Virus record (IMG/VR): IMGVR_UViG_3300015265_000205
Location: 3,222 to 67,221 of that record
Reading direction: 5' to 3' (one strand)
DNA length: 64,000 nucleotides
Source: a virus
The notes under the pieces were generated by a model. It made no database searches. It saw nothing but the letters and a program-made list of their open reading frames with translations, and was not told the DNA's origin. Position numbers and translations under genes: made by a program. The first letter of the stretch is position 1, and every line of letters starts with the position of its first letter. Positions 1-9,710 of the stretch are shown piece by piece.

Positions 1-120
1 CACGAAGCGGCGGACTCATCCTATATGGTCAGGCGCTATGGCAAGGATCGCATGCCGCTGGATGCGGACTATGTCCCCATGACCGTTGCCGAGCTTGAGG
101 GCGAATTGCAGCGCGCATAA
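1..120 (+). CDS. 3' end of a flanking (probably host) gene, partial
   Basis: Frame 1 is open from base 1 (HEAADSSYMVRRYGKDRMPLDADYVPMTVAELEGELQRA) to TAA at 118-120; a hairpin follows at ~203-233. Confidence 0.5.
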   Translation, partial: HEAADSSYMVRRYGKDRMPLDADYVPMTVAELEGELQRA

Positions 121-202
121 ATCCACGTCGCCGGTCGCGGCCGCAGCCGAGCCTGGCGACCGGCCCGGCAGTACTGCAGGCCCTGTGTTGTATGGCGCAT
201 CA

Positions 203-233
203 ACGACAAATCCGCTCCGGCGGGTTTGTCTGT
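203..233. terminator. Hairpin, possible terminator of the flanking gene
   Basis: GACAAATCCGC-TCCG-GCGGGTTTGTC inverted repeat. Confidence 0.45.
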
Positions 234-509
234 TCGTCACGCCGGATCCTGTTTGCAGCCTTGCAAAACGCCGTTGTGACACGGCAGGCATGCTGCTGCG
301 GCCTGCGGTGGCATACGGATAAAACAGCATATGATCTGCCTGCCTGTCCTCTCATGCCTGCGGCAACGCCGCTGGAGCAGTGGAAGTTTGCCGAAGTTCA
401 AGACAAAGTTCCTGGATTTCTGTATAACTTGCTTTCAGTCGCCTTAAGCAAGCATCCATGCGGGTTCCAGTCGTTTTACCGTTTGCATGGGCGAAACGTG
501 GGCGAAAAT

Positions 510-1709
510 CTAAGCGACCCCGGCCTTTAATCCATCGGTCATTTTGCAGTATTGATCAGGCAATACGCCGCCTTCCTGTTCCACCCAGCGGCCGTAAGTC
601 CTGGTGATCATAGTCGTATCGGTATGGCCCATTTGTTTCGCCACGTACATCGCGTTGGCGCCCGTCGAGAGCAGCGTCGATGCAAATGTGTGCCTTGTTT
701 GATACGGGTTCCGGTAGCGCACCTGGGCCTTCTTGATCATTGCCGCCCAGAAGAGGCTCAGGCGCTGCGTGTTGTCCCATCCCTGGCCGGTGGCCGGATC
801 AAGGAACACCAGGCCGCCAGCGAGGAAGCTATGTTGTTTCTGCGCAACCAGTGCCTCTACTGCGCCGCGCCGCAAGTCGACCAGGCGCCGGCCGGCACGA
901 GTCTTCAATTCCTCTCGCGACTCGCCCATCACGCGCGAACGTTCCACCTTTGCCTTGAATCCGGCCCAGTCGATCGATTCCCAGCGTAGCGCGATGTATT
1001 CGCTTGGGCGCATGCCCGTGTAGAAGGCAAACTGAAAGACGTTCCTGGCCTGGCCCTGAGCAGCCCCGAGGATGGCCGCAATCTCCTGCGCGGAAAAAGG
1101 ATCCACTTCGTATTCGGCCTTGTACGCATCACGATCTAATGTTTTCTGCAACTTTACTCGGTCAAGCGGATTGCTATCAATCAGGTCGTCGTTTATCGCC
1201 AGCTCCAGCGCGCCCCGCAGTGGGATGAGAACTTGTCGGACCGAGGTGGCTTTCAGCGACAGATCGACAATCCAGGTGCGCAGTGCCGCCGGCGTAAGGT
1301 CGGTAAGCAGGGTGTCGCCCCATTGACCCAGCAGTACTTTGTTGAGCACGCGCTTGTAGCTTTTCAATGTGCTGGGCGCGAGGATGCGCTCGTAGATGTC
1401 GAACTGCTGTTTAAGCAGGTCGCCAACGGTGACATCCTTGCCCCGAGGCTGTAAGCCGAACTTCTTCAACTGCGTCGACTCGGGGAAGTACTTCGCATAG
1501 CTGAAATTGCCCAGCGCAATTGCGTTCAGGATCTCGCCGCGCAGCCGCTCGGCGTATTTGATGTTTGCCTTGCTGTGCGCGAGCTTCAGTGTTTCCCGAC
1601 ACTCGGTGCCCCGGTACATAAATTTTATGCGGATCGATTCGCTTTGGACGCCCGACCGGAGTTCGACGCCTGGCGGGCTGGACTTGTTTGTTCCCATTTT
1701 GCTACCCAT
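510..1709 (-). CDS. int: Tyrosine integrase with N-terminal arm-binding domain
   Basis: TGMRPSE, YQTRHTFAS, MGHTD..MI..TY catalytic motifs; start at 1709 or 1697. Confidence 0.95.
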   Translation of the reverse strand: MGSKMGTNKSSPPGVELRSGVQSESIRIKFMYRGTECRETLKLAHSKANIKYAERLRGEILNAIALGNFSYAKYFPESTQLKKFGLQPRGKDVTVGDLLKQQFDIYERILAPSTLKSYKRVLNKVLLGQWGDTLLTDLTPAALRTWIVDLSLKATSVRQVLIPLRGALELAINDDLIDSNPLDRVKLQKTLDRDAYKAEYEVDPFSAQEIAAILGAAQGQARNVFQFAFYTGMRPSEYIALRWESIDWAGFKAKVERSRVMGESREELKTRAGRRLVDLRRGAVEALVAQKQHSFLAGGLVFLDPATGQGWDNTQRLSLFWAAMIKKAQVRYRNPYQTRHTFASTLLSTGANAMYVAKQMGHTDTTMITRTYGRWVEQEGGVLPDQYCKMTDGLKAGVA

Positions 1710-1960
1710 TCCTCTACTGCCGGCAAATTAATCCACAGCCGGCCATCCACAATTTTGCATTGATTGCCATCGAGCCACTTGCCAGCCTTGCGGCGGGCCT
1801 GCACGGAATCGACGGAATCACCTGATATTTCGACGTAGCGCTCCAGCTTCACCCAAGCCAGAGGCTGACGCTCTGCCTCTGCCTTGGCGGCCGCCGCGCG
1901 CGCATTGCGCTCGATGGTCTCAACCAGCTTGGCTACCATGTCGTGCTCGGCCATGTTCAT
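1625..1960 (-). CDS. xis: Excisionase
   Basis: Directly upstream of int; WVKLERY...GKWLDG..CKIVDGRLWINLPAVEEW winged-helix Xis pattern. Confidence 0.8.
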   Translation of the reverse strand: MNMAEHDMVAKLVETIERNARAAAAKAEAERQPLAWVKLERYVEISGDSVDSVQARRKAGKWLDGNQCKIVDGRLWINLPAVEEWVAKWEQTSPARQASNSGRASKANRSA

Positions 1961-3045
1961 GGCGTGCTCCCGGCTGGCAAGTCGCCGGCATGCCCACTAC
2001 CACCGCAAGCGGGGCAGTCCAGTTCGCCGCTATCCAGCTCGGTGCCGTTATTCAAGAAGACCAGGCCGCCCGGCGTTGCCGCAATGGTCTGGCCGGCGGC
2101 GCGTGCGGCCGCGATGGCCTGCTGTGTTTCGGGCGAGAGTGGGGCGTGCCGGCGAGCCAGCTGCGCCCCAAGCTCCTTCAGCCGGGCTTCGGCTTTCTCG
2201 GCGCGCTGCTGCCATGCATGGACGCAAGTGCATTGGCCACGCCACTCGCCGTCCAGCCCGTGCACGTCTCCAGTTCCGCCGCAGGCGCTGCACAGGGCGC
2301 GCATTTCGGTGCACGTATCCTTGGCGGCAGGCCGCGGAGTAGGGGCGGCAGCGATGCAGGCTTGCTCGCGGCCAGCAGCAACCAGCACGCGGAACACGTC
2401 GCTGTTGCGCAGAAGCGCGCCTGGCTCATTCAAGCCCCACAGGACAGGCAGCGCCGATATTTGATCCATCAGCCGCCCGATGATCGGCTGGGGTGCAGCC
2501 GCCGGCAAAGGTGAGTGCTTCGGCTTCGCCGCCTGCTTGGCGCGGATCACCTCCACCTTCGTCCAGATCCTGGCCAGCTCCGTCTCTCCGGCGGCGTGCA
2601 TGTCCAGGCCCTGGGCCAAGCACAGGGCGGCCAGCGTGACCATGACGCCGCCGACTTCCTGCGTGCGCTCGCCGACCGGGCGGCCGTACACATAGTCGAC
2701 CAGTTGGTGCGCCTCGCTGGCCGTGCAGCCGCACGCCTGCACCAGTTCCAGCGATTCTTCCAAGAAGCGGTGATTGCGCTCAGCGCCGTCGGCCGCGATT
2801 TCAGCGCCGAAACACGCCATCATCCAGGGCTGCACGCGGCTCTGGAAGGAATCGGCGGGCGCTGCGTCGGCAGTCACGCCCAGCAAGGCCAGGCCATCGC
2901 CGGTATAGCCGCGCTCTACGCAAGCCTGGCGCACGCTGGCCAGCAGTGGCGAGCCTTGGCTGCAGGGGGAGGGGTAGTGCTTGTTTTCTGCCGCGCGCGC
3001 CGCAGCGGTGGCAATGCTGCGGACAAGGTCTAAGAGGTCGATCAT
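1957..3045 (-). CDS. Hypothetical protein with MazG-like nucleotide pyrophosphohydrolase domain and CxxC motifs
   Basis: Start MIDLLD overlaps the upstream stop; RFLEESLELVQ...QEVGGVMVTLAAL acidic helices; CSACGGTG and CPACGGSG. Confidence 0.6.
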   Translation of the reverse strand: MIDLLDLVRSIATAAARAAENKHYPSPCSQGSPLLASVRQACVERGYTGDGLALLGVTADAAPADSFQSRVQPWMMACFGAEIAADGAERNHRFLEESLELVQACGCTASEAHQLVDYVYGRPVGERTQEVGGVMVTLAALCLAQGLDMHAAGETELARIWTKVEVIRAKQAAKPKHSPLPAAAPQPIIGRLMDQISALPVLWGLNEPGALLRNSDVFRVLVAAGREQACIAAAPTPRPAAKDTCTEMRALCSACGGTGDVHGLDGEWRGQCTCVHAWQQRAEKAEARLKELGAQLARRHAPLSPETQQAIAAARAAGQTIAATPGGLVFLNNGTELDSGELDCPACGGSGHAGDLPAGSTP

Positions 3046-3275
3046 TGCGGTTGCTCCAGTATGGTTATTTCGGATGGCTCGACAGGCTCGGCCAATCCCT
3101 CGATGTACACGGTCATTTCGGCATCGCCCTTGTGCCAGCAGAATCCGGCGATAAAGCAATTCAGGCCTTGGTAGCTCACTTGCCTGGCCAGCTGCTTCGC
3201 GCGGTGAATGCGCAAGTCGTGCTGGTCGGCCAGCTCGCGCGGCGATTCGGCCGGCGCCGGCTTGCGGGCGCTCAT
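3042..3275 (-). CDS. Hypothetical phage protein
   Basis: ATGA-coupled on both sides (MSARKPAP...). Confidence 0.6.
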   Translation of the reverse strand: MSARKPAPAESPRELADQHDLRIHRAKQLARQVSYQGLNCFIAGFCWHKGDAEMTVYIEGLAEPVEPSEITILEQPQ

Positions 3276-3598
3276 GCTGCCGTCGCCGGGCGGCGGGCCC
3301 ATACCCAGTACGGGCCATCTTCGGAGTCGTGAATAGACAGCGTGAACCAGCCATCACCGGCCGGTTCCTCCGGATGCCAGTCGGAGACGTCCGTTCCAGC
3401 CTGGTCGAAGTAAACAATATGGGCCGGATGCGTATCATGCTCGGCTTCAAGGGTGGCGTAGGCAGTGTCCAGGCCCTGGGCAGTAAGCCATGCGAGATAC
3501 TGCGCCTCATGATCTTCATCGAACTCTGGCATATCTGGATGCCTATACCATCCCTCGGCATCGCGCACGACTGGCGCCCATTCAATAAGCTTGCTCAT
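3272..3598 (-). CDS. Hypothetical phage protein (acidic)
   Basis: RBS, coupled to the next gene; GWFTLSIHDSEDGP motif typical of prophage accessory genes. Confidence 0.75.
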   Translation of the reverse strand: MSKLIEWAPVVRDAEGWYRHPDMPEFDEDHEAQYLAWLTAQGLDTAYATLEAEHDTHPAHIVYFDQAGTDVSDWHPEEPAGDGWFTLSIHDSEDGPYWVWARRPATAA

Positions 3599-3607
3599 AC
3601 TTTCCTT

Positions 3608-3730
3608 TCAGGTTGTCGCGGCCAGGACGCCCGCCAGGGTGGCTGCCACGTAAATCAGGATCAGGGCCGCCGCCACGCGCGCGGCGCCGGGGCTGCGCTC
3701 GCTGTTCGGCACTTCGTCGTTGTCGGTCAT
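3608..3730 (-). CDS. Small membrane protein (40 aa)
   Basis: MTDNDEVPNSERSPGAARVAAALILIYVAATLAGVLAATT; GGAGG RBS and ATGA coupling. Confidence 0.55.
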   Translation of the reverse strand: MTDNDEVPNSERSPGAARVAAALILIYVAATLAGVLAATT

Positions 3731-4365
3731 GCTGCCTCCGTGGTGGGCATCTTGATGCCGCGCCAGGCGTAGAAAGCTGGCCTGTCACCAGGCGAGATGC
3801 GCATGCAATCTTCGCCGAACGTGAAGGTGGCGTCGTGCTGCGCCCCTGGAAACTTGAAGTAGAGGAGCGCCTGGGCATATCCGAGCTTGTCTGGCCCCTG
3901 CAGCGGCGCACGGCTTACCCAGATGCTGCCGATCTTGCAGTCCGGATACCTGACCGCAAAGAATTCGATCAGGGCCGCCTGAGCTGCCTTTTGCGCGCGT
4001 CGTTCGACAAACTCCCCCATTACGCAGCTCTGGCTGCAGTAGACGGCATCGCCATCCGTGACAACTTCCAGATGCTCGTGCTCTTCACCTTCATCCTCGG
4101 CTTCCTGCTGCATGGCTTCGGTGACGCGCCGGCCGCAGTGCCGACACTCGAACCACCAGCCGTGCTCGATCAATACCGCGTGCGGCACCGGACCGGGCGC
4201 ATACTGGTCGAACTGCGGCTTACGGAGGCAGTGCTCGACCTCGTTAAAGCCGCAGTCCAGTTCGTTGGCGCCTTCACGGCGCGCTGCGGCCCCGCTGGTG
4301 GCAAAGCGGATAACGCAGTGGCCTTCACCAGGCTCGCGCACCTCATAGGCAAGCAGCGGCTTCAT
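3727..4365 (-). CDS. Hypothetical Cys-rich phage protein
   Basis: Start MKPLLAY coupled to the upstream stop; GWWFECRHCG and YCSQSC. Confidence 0.7.
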   Translation of the reverse strand: MKPLLAYEVREPGEGHCVIRFATSGAAARREGANELDCGFNEVEHCLRKPQFDQYAPGPVPHAVLIEHGWWFECRHCGRRVTEAMQQEAEDEGEEHEHLEVVTDGDAVYCSQSCVMGEFVERRAQKAAQAALIEFFAVRYPDCKIGSIWVSRAPLQGPDKLGYAQALLYFKFPGAQHDATFTFGEDCMRISPGDRPAFYAWRGIKMPTTEAA

Positions 4366-4994
4366 GGCGTTACTCGCTTGAAGGTGATTGCCCAGCACCA
4401 CGGATTGGCTTCCCAGTCGCCGCCGGTCGATTCCCACAGATCGCGCCAGGTCGTGCGCTCGGTTGCGCGGCCATCTGCGCCAGTGCCTTTGCACACGATG
4501 TCGAAGCGATCCTGCGATTCCGCCAGCGCTGCCATATCGATGCCTTCGGCAACAATGTCGGCATCGCTGATGTCCTGCAGGCGCTCGACGCGCACCGACA
4601 CAATCTCCAGCAGGATGCGGCTGGCCCAGCGCGGCATGTGGATGGAAGGCCGCCACACAGGCTGCTCGGCTTCATATGGGCGCTCATTGTCCGCCCGGTA
4701 GACCAGTAGTTCGTGCGCCTCTGGCACTTCCAGGTATGGGCCTTTCTGCACCTCGAAGTGGTCGCAGTACCACGTCTCGCGCACCCAGATGCTATCGCCG
4801 GGCTTTCCATAGGGGCAGTGAAGCACCGGACCGCCGTACGCCCAGCAGACCGGCATGGGTAGACCATCATTGCCAGTTGTGCAGGCGCCCATGGCAGGGT
4901 CGAGCTGTTTGACGACTCGCCGCGTCTGCGTCTTGCTGCCGTCGAGCAGCGCGCGCACCATCGGGGCGCTGAACAAAATAGGGCGCTCTTTCAT
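4362..4994 (-). CDS. Conserved phage protein (ASCH/PUA-like)
   Basis: MKERPILFSAPMVRALLDGSKTQTRR, WRPSIHMPRWASRI, VRVERLQDIS, WEANPWCW. Confidence 0.8.
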   Translation of the reverse strand: MKERPILFSAPMVRALLDGSKTQTRRVVKQLDPAMGACTTGNDGLPMPVCWAYGGPVLHCPYGKPGDSIWVRETWYCDHFEVQKGPYLEVPEAHELLVYRADNERPYEAEQPVWRPSIHMPRWASRILLEIVSVRVERLQDISDADIVAEGIDMAALAESQDRFDIVCKGTGADGRATERTTWRDLWESTGGDWEANPWCWAITFKRVTP

Positions 4995-6021
4995 ACTGCC
5001 TCCGGAAATTCATCATGAGTACGGCCGTACAATTCGCGGCCGGATGCCTTCTTGCCCACCAGGTACATCGGCTCAGCCTCGAAATGGATATCGTCTGGGC
5101 CGTAGCGTCCGAAATTCCAGGTCGTGCCGGCCCAAAGAGCGCAGAGATACTTGCTCAGGGTCGGGTTTGAATCCTTGATCGCCAGCTCGGTGGTGTAATG
5201 GCCACCTGGCAACCACTCGCCCCATTGCTTGAACAGGAACGGCACATCGGCGGCCGCGCACTGGTCGCGCAGTTCGCGCGCCCAGAATGGGTGCATTGGC
5301 CGTGCGCCGGGGCCGGACTCGCCGCCGACGATCACCCAGTCGATACGGGGCAGGTCAGCCATGGGATTGCCGTCTTCATCTTCGCAGCCGGTTGTGCCCG
5401 GGAGCGGGTAAATTTCGCGGTGGCCATCGATATCGATGCGTGTCAGGTTCACGGGCCCCAGTAACGGTTCGATGCTCAGGAACCGGTGCGCCGCCGGCAC
5501 TGCCAGCAGCTTCGGGATATCACGGTCGGCCTCGGCCTGTTCACGACAGTGGCGCCGAGCCAGACGTTTGGGAAGGCGTTGTCGCGCCAGTTCCAGCGGC
5601 CGTGGTTGATCGCCAGCACGGCCTGATCCAGCATTGCCGCAGCGTTGCCGATTCGTTTCGTCAGCAGCAGCCAATCCAGATTCGGCGTCTGCTCAATGAG
5701 GCGCATCAGGTCGAAGCGCCACTGCGGATCGACAGAGTTGTCGAACACATCGGCCAAACTGGCGCAAAACACGCGCTGACGGCGGCCGTGCGCGGCGAAA
5801 AACTCGGCGTGCGCCTTTTCCCACGCCAACGGCTTGCGCCAGTTCGCCGCACTGGTGCGCCGGCGCGGCGCGCCCGGACCCCAGTTCACGGCGGCGCCGC
5901 CGGCGAAGCGCGCGTTGCGCGTCTCGGCGTAGCAGTGGTCGCAGCCAGGTCCGACTTTCTGGCAGCCTTCCCACGGATTGAAGGTGTGGTCAGCCCACTC
6001 TATCTTTGTATTTTCGCTCAT
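4991..6021 (-). pseudogene. Gp37/Gp68 (DUF5131) family gene, frameshifted near 5540
   Basis: N-part (TKIEWADHTFNPWEGC..CDHCYAE) and C-part (EADRDIPKLL..FLSIEPLLGP..GGESG) are in different frames; one base missing in AAC(C)AG. Confidence 0.8.
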
Positions 6022-6029
6022 GATATTAT
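6021..6029 (+). promoter_or_regulatory. Extended -10 promoter candidate TG-A-TATTAT for the antisense gene at 6056
   Basis: TGnTAnnnT match overlapping the complement of the DUF5131 start codon. Confidence 0.55.
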
Positions 6030-6055
6030 TTCTATAAGGAAACTATGAAGTCACT

Positions 6056-6313
6056 ATGAAAATCGAACCGGATAACATCGCCAAACTTATCGGCGGCATT
6101 TCTTTGTTGGTTGGGCTAGGATTCGCTGTCCCCGCCATCCTGGCCTATTGGACCAAGCACGAAGTCTGTCAGCGAGTGCTTCTAAAATATGCCAACGATG
6201 GCGACTCCTTGTCATGCGAAGCTGCTAAGGCGAGAGAGAGTAAGGAGCAACAGGCTGAGAAGAAGGCGAAGCAGGAAGCACCTGTCGTGAGCCATTCGAA
6301 GCCTGCGCAGTAA
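6056..6313 (+). CDS. Small membrane protein antisense to the leftward operon
   Basis: One TM segment ([22 protein letters not shown]), Cys pair, charged tail; lower GC than neighbours. Confidence 0.7.
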   Translation: MKIEPDNIAKLIGGISLLVGLGFAVPAILAYWTKHEVCQRVLLKYANDGDSLSCEAAKARESKEQQAEKKAKQEAPVVSHSKPAQ

Positions 6314-6488
6314 CTACACCAGCAATCTCCATCGCCTCCAGCAGCCGCGCTACCCGGTTGTAGCCGATACGCAGATGGCGCTGCACCAGCGATATCGACG
6401 CGCGCTGCTGCGTGCGCACGACCTCGACGGCCTGGTCGTACAGCGGATCGCTCGCGCTGCCATCACCGGGCGGAACGGCGCCGGGCGC
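6225..6488 (-). pseudogene. FtsK-gamma winged-helix domain, in frame with rdgC but behind a TAA
   Basis: [41 protein letters not shown] is the FtsK-gamma signature. Confidence 0.75.
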
Positions 6489-7727
6489 TTAGCCATTCAG
6501 CTGCAGCGCTGGTCGCTGCGGGCGAACAGGGTCATCGCCCACTGCCGGTCGTAGGCTCGGTTCCATGATCTCAACGGCGGCTACCAGCAGCAGGTCGGCG
6601 GATTGCGAGCCGCCGGGAAGCTCCTTGGCCAGCGTCAGCGCCGATTTGATCGCACCATCACTGGTTTGCGCCATGTGTTCGCGCACGCGGGCAACGGCCG
6701 GCTGCACGGTGCTGTCATACAACTCGTTGAGCACATCACGGTAACGGGCGCGAAGCTTGTACAGATCGGCAGTCAAGTTCACCGCGCGCTCTATCTTCTG
6801 CTGGCCGGCAGCAGCCGGGCCCGACGCCAGCGTTTCCACTTCAGCCTCGCCACCCAGCGCCTCGACCAGATCGGCCAGCAGCTTGGCCAGCTCGCCGGCC
6901 ATCAGGGCGAAATCGCTGTCGAAGCGCTCGTCGTCGTTGCGCGTGGCGCTTTCCTTGATAATTTCCAGCGGCTTGACTGACTTGATGGCCAGGCTCTCGT
7001 CCAGCACGAAGCTGATCTTGTCGCTCCAGGTCATGGCCAGGCGGGTGCACTGCTTGCCGGCGGCGATGTGGCGGCGGATATCGTCTGCTTCCAGGGTGTG
7101 GCGCTTGTACGCCACCTGGGCCTTGCTCTCGCCTGTGGCCCGCATGATCGCGTCTTGGTCGACCGTGAAGCCGGCAGGGGATTCGTCTGCTTGCAGCCAA
7201 CCTGTCATCATGGCCACTGGCGATCGCTGCACGCGCAGGCTTTCCAGCGGCAGCTTGTCGACGGATTTGAGCAGCAGCTTGACCACCTCGTCTGCCTTTG
7301 CCGGGGTTGCTGCGTCCACCACCAGCCAGCCATTCACCGGGTCGATCCACACGGCCGTGGTGCTGACCAGCGGGAACGCGCGCGGCAACAGCTCGTCGGT
7401 GACGCGCTCCTTCAGTTCCTTCATGGCCTTCTTGCCGGGCGCGAAGCCCTGGGCTTCTTCCATTTCCAGCGCGCGGGCGGCCGCCACCTGGTTGACCACG
7501 GTCGACGGCAGCAGCTTCTTCTCGGTTTTCAGCAGCAGCAGGAACTGGCCGCCCACGGCATGCACGAGCGGCTGGCCGGCGCCGCGCGGCGCGGCCCAGC
7601 CCTGGCGCACCAGGTCCATGCTGGTGGCGGGCGTGAACTGCTGCTGTGCCAGCGCCTGCTCGAGCACGGCGGCCGACATGGCCCAAGGGGCAGGCAGGCG
7701 GTAAATTTGGAGGTTCTTGAAAAACAT
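6489..7727 (-). CDS. rdgC: Recombination-associated protein RdgC with C-terminal extension
   Basis: [47 protein letters not shown]. Confidence 0.92.
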   Translation of the reverse strand: MFFKNLQIYRLPAPWAMSAAVLEQALAQQQFTPATSMDLVRQGWAAPRGAGQPLVHAVGGQFLLLLKTEKKLLPSTVVNQVAAARALEMEEAQGFAPGKKAMKELKERVTDELLPRAFPLVSTTAVWIDPVNGWLVVDAATPAKADEVVKLLLKSVDKLPLESLRVQRSPVAMMTGWLQADESPAGFTVDQDAIMRATGESKAQVAYKRHTLEADDIRRHIAAGKQCTRLAMTWSDKISFVLDESLAIKSVKPLEIIKESATRNDDERFDSDFALMAGELAKLLADLVEALGGEAEVETLASGPAAAGQQKIERAVNLTADLYKLRARYRDVLNELYDSTVQPAVARVREHMAQTSDGAIKSALTLAKELPGGSQSADLLLVAAVEIMEPSLRPAVGDDPVRPQRPALQLNG

Positions 7728-7740
7728 GGCGGCTGCTCGC

Positions 7741-8451
7741 TTAATCGTTGTCGTTGTATGGGAAGGTCGTTTCGAAATCGTCGGCGTCCGCGTCCGCTTC
7801 GATGATCAGGCGGGTCTTGGCCGTGTACATCTGGAACAGGCGCTTTTCGAAATTGAAGAGAGGGCCGACGAAAATCTTGTTTTTGATATCGGCGCCGCTC
7901 AGGCTCAGGCCCCACACTTCGCCGTCGCCACGGATCCGCAAATGGATTGCGCAAGAGGTATGTCGTTCCTGATCAGGGTCTTCATCGATCGAGATATCGA
8001 TGTAGCCGTCGTGCCGGTCGCTACGGTTGATGTTCAGCGTGAATTTTTCGCCGTGCAGTTGGTGTGCGTTCCACGCGTCTTTCTTGCTTTCAATAAATTC
8101 ATCCAGCAGCTCTTGTAGCGTGATCGTGGCCGGCGCTGGCTCAAGCAACTCGGCAATATCCTTGTCCAGTTTCTCGGTGAATTCCGTGGACATGACCGCG
8201 CCAACACGCTTCTTGATGATGTCACCCACCAGTTGGCGGTAAGACGGCAGATCGATCTTGTCGAGGTCGATTTCGATAAGCGTGCCGATCTTTTCCTTGA
8301 GCGCCTTGCCGAAGTCGCTGTAATCACGCAGGTGCTCGCTGATGCCGGCGGTGACGGCCGCGCCGATCTGCTTGTGAATTGCTTCCTCGATGGCGCCGGA
8401 TGCGACTACCTTGTCGAACGCTGCGGCGACTGCTTCTTTCAGTTGGTCCAT
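7741..8451 (-). CDS. Hypothetical phage protein
   Basis: 236-aa ORF with GAGG RBS within the operon. Confidence 0.8.
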   Translation of the reverse strand: MDQLKEAVAAAFDKVVASGAIEEAIHKQIGAAVTAGISEHLRDYSDFGKALKEKIGTLIEIDLDKIDLPSYRQLVGDIIKKRVGAVMSTEFTEKLDKDIAELLEPAPATITLQELLDEFIESKKDAWNAHQLHGEKFTLNINRSDRHDGYIDISIDEDPDQERHTSCAIHLRIRGDGEVWGLSLSGADIKNKIFVGPLFNFEKRLFQMYTAKTRLIIEADADADDFETTFPYNDND

Positions 8452-8478
8452 GATCTTCCTCGTTGCTGCCGCCGGCCT

Positions 8479-8940
8479 TCATGTGAATGCAAGCAGCTGG
8501 TTAATTACGTTGTCCAGGTCCTGCCTGGTGTATTTGGTCAAAATCCGGGACAAGATCACGTCGATGGTTGCGCTGTACAGCGACTCGAACTCGATCTCGT
8601 CCATCTGTGCAAAAGAAACGCTTTTTGCCTCCAGTCGCACCTCGCCCTTGAGGTTCACCGTCGATTCGAAGAATCCGGCCAGGATCGCCACGTCTTTGCG
8701 GAAACGTTCCTTGTTCTTCGCCACCGGCTGGCCCTGGTAGGTCAGGCCGCCGCGCGGCTCCCACTGGTCGAAGGCGAAGGACACCAAGGCGAAGTACTTC
8801 TTGTGGAATTTGTAATTCCGTACCTTCTTGAAGTCTGCGTGCATCAGCGCGCCAACCTTCATCTTCTGGATGAACTCGGCCGCCGCCTCGTCGTGCGGGA
8901 CGAGGACGTTTGCCGTTTTCATGAGCACGATTTCTGTCAA
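8479..8940 (-). CDS. DUF1367 family protein
   Basis: RNYKFHKKYFAL...FRKDVAILAGF...AKSVSFAQMDEIEF. Confidence 0.85.
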   Translation of the reverse strand: MTEIVLMKTANVLVPHDEAAAEFIQKMKVGALMHADFKKVRNYKFHKKYFALVSFAFDQWEPRGGLTYQGQPVAKNKERFRKDVAILAGFFESTVNLKGEVRLEAKSVSFAQMDEIEFESLYSATIDVILSRILTKYTRQDLDNVINQLLAFT

Positions 8941-8968
8941 GGCGGTGCTCCCGCGCGGCGCCAGGCCG

Positions 8969-9679
8969 TCACGCTGCAGGCGCCAGGTCGGCCACGTCGA
9001 TCACGATGCCGCGGCAATACGGCTCTCCGTCCTCCACGATTTCGAACGTGGCGTGTGGCACGTCGGTGCGGTAGGTCCAGCTGTAGCCGTCTTCCTTGCC
9101 CCAAAGAGCATCCACGGCGCGCACCTGTGGCGCCCGGGCGAAATAGTCCTTGAGGGCATCGTCGTCGTGCTGGATATCTTCGCGGAACGGCAGCAAGCCC
9201 TTGGCGTCGAGTAGTGCGATGGTCGGCGCGCCGCGCTCATCGTCCACGAAGCCACGGAACTCAATCAGGTCGTCGCTGGCGCCAAAGATCACGATCAGGC
9301 CGGCCGCCTTGGCCTGCTGCTCTTCTTCCTTGACCATTTCCTTACCGTATTCGCGCCCCGTCAGCAGGCCAGCCAGCAGTTCCTTGCTCAGCTTGACCGG
9401 CGCCAGCTCGACGGCCGGCATGCCCATGTTCGTGTACGGGTGCTTGTCGGCATGCGGCTTGATGTGTGCGTAAAAGTGCTTGCCGACGGATTCGGCGCCG
9501 GCGAAGGCTGCATACTCGGTGGCCGTGACGTTGGCGTAGTGGTACACATCCGCTGGCGCGCCCTTGCGGAAGAACTGCACGGCCAGGGTTTCGGTCGCCG
9601 GGCAGTGGCCGATGGCGGCGATCTGCGAGGATTGGATGGCTTGCAGGGTAATTTGTGGTGCTTCGACTGCTGTGTTCAT
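8969..9679 (-). CDS. KTSC-domain fusion protein
   Basis: SSQIAAIGH..TETLAVQF...YHYANV...AESVGKHF KTSC pattern plus a second domain (FGASDDLIEFRG...PHATFEI..YCRGIV). Confidence 0.75.
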   Translation of the reverse strand: MNTAVEAPQITLQAIQSSQIAAIGHCPATETLAVQFFRKGAPADVYHYANVTATEYAAFAGAESVGKHFYAHIKPHADKHPYTNMGMPAVELAPVKLSKELLAGLLTGREYGKEMVKEEEQQAKAAGLIVIFGASDDLIEFRGFVDDERGAPTIALLDAKGLLPFREDIQHDDDALKDYFARAPQVRAVDALWGKEDGYSWTYRTDVPHATFEIVEDGEPYCRGIVIDVADLAPAA

Positions 9680-9710
9680 TGGTTTCTCCAGGTGGTGGGC
9701 GGGGCGGTGT

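Noticed and set aside
400-510. attL core
   Set aside because: A GGGCGAAA repeat may be an arm site, but no matching core repeat was found by eye near the right end
16-530. ORFs 16-330, 86-322 and 192-530
   Set aside because: No RBS or recognisable motifs; they cross a terminator-like hairpin
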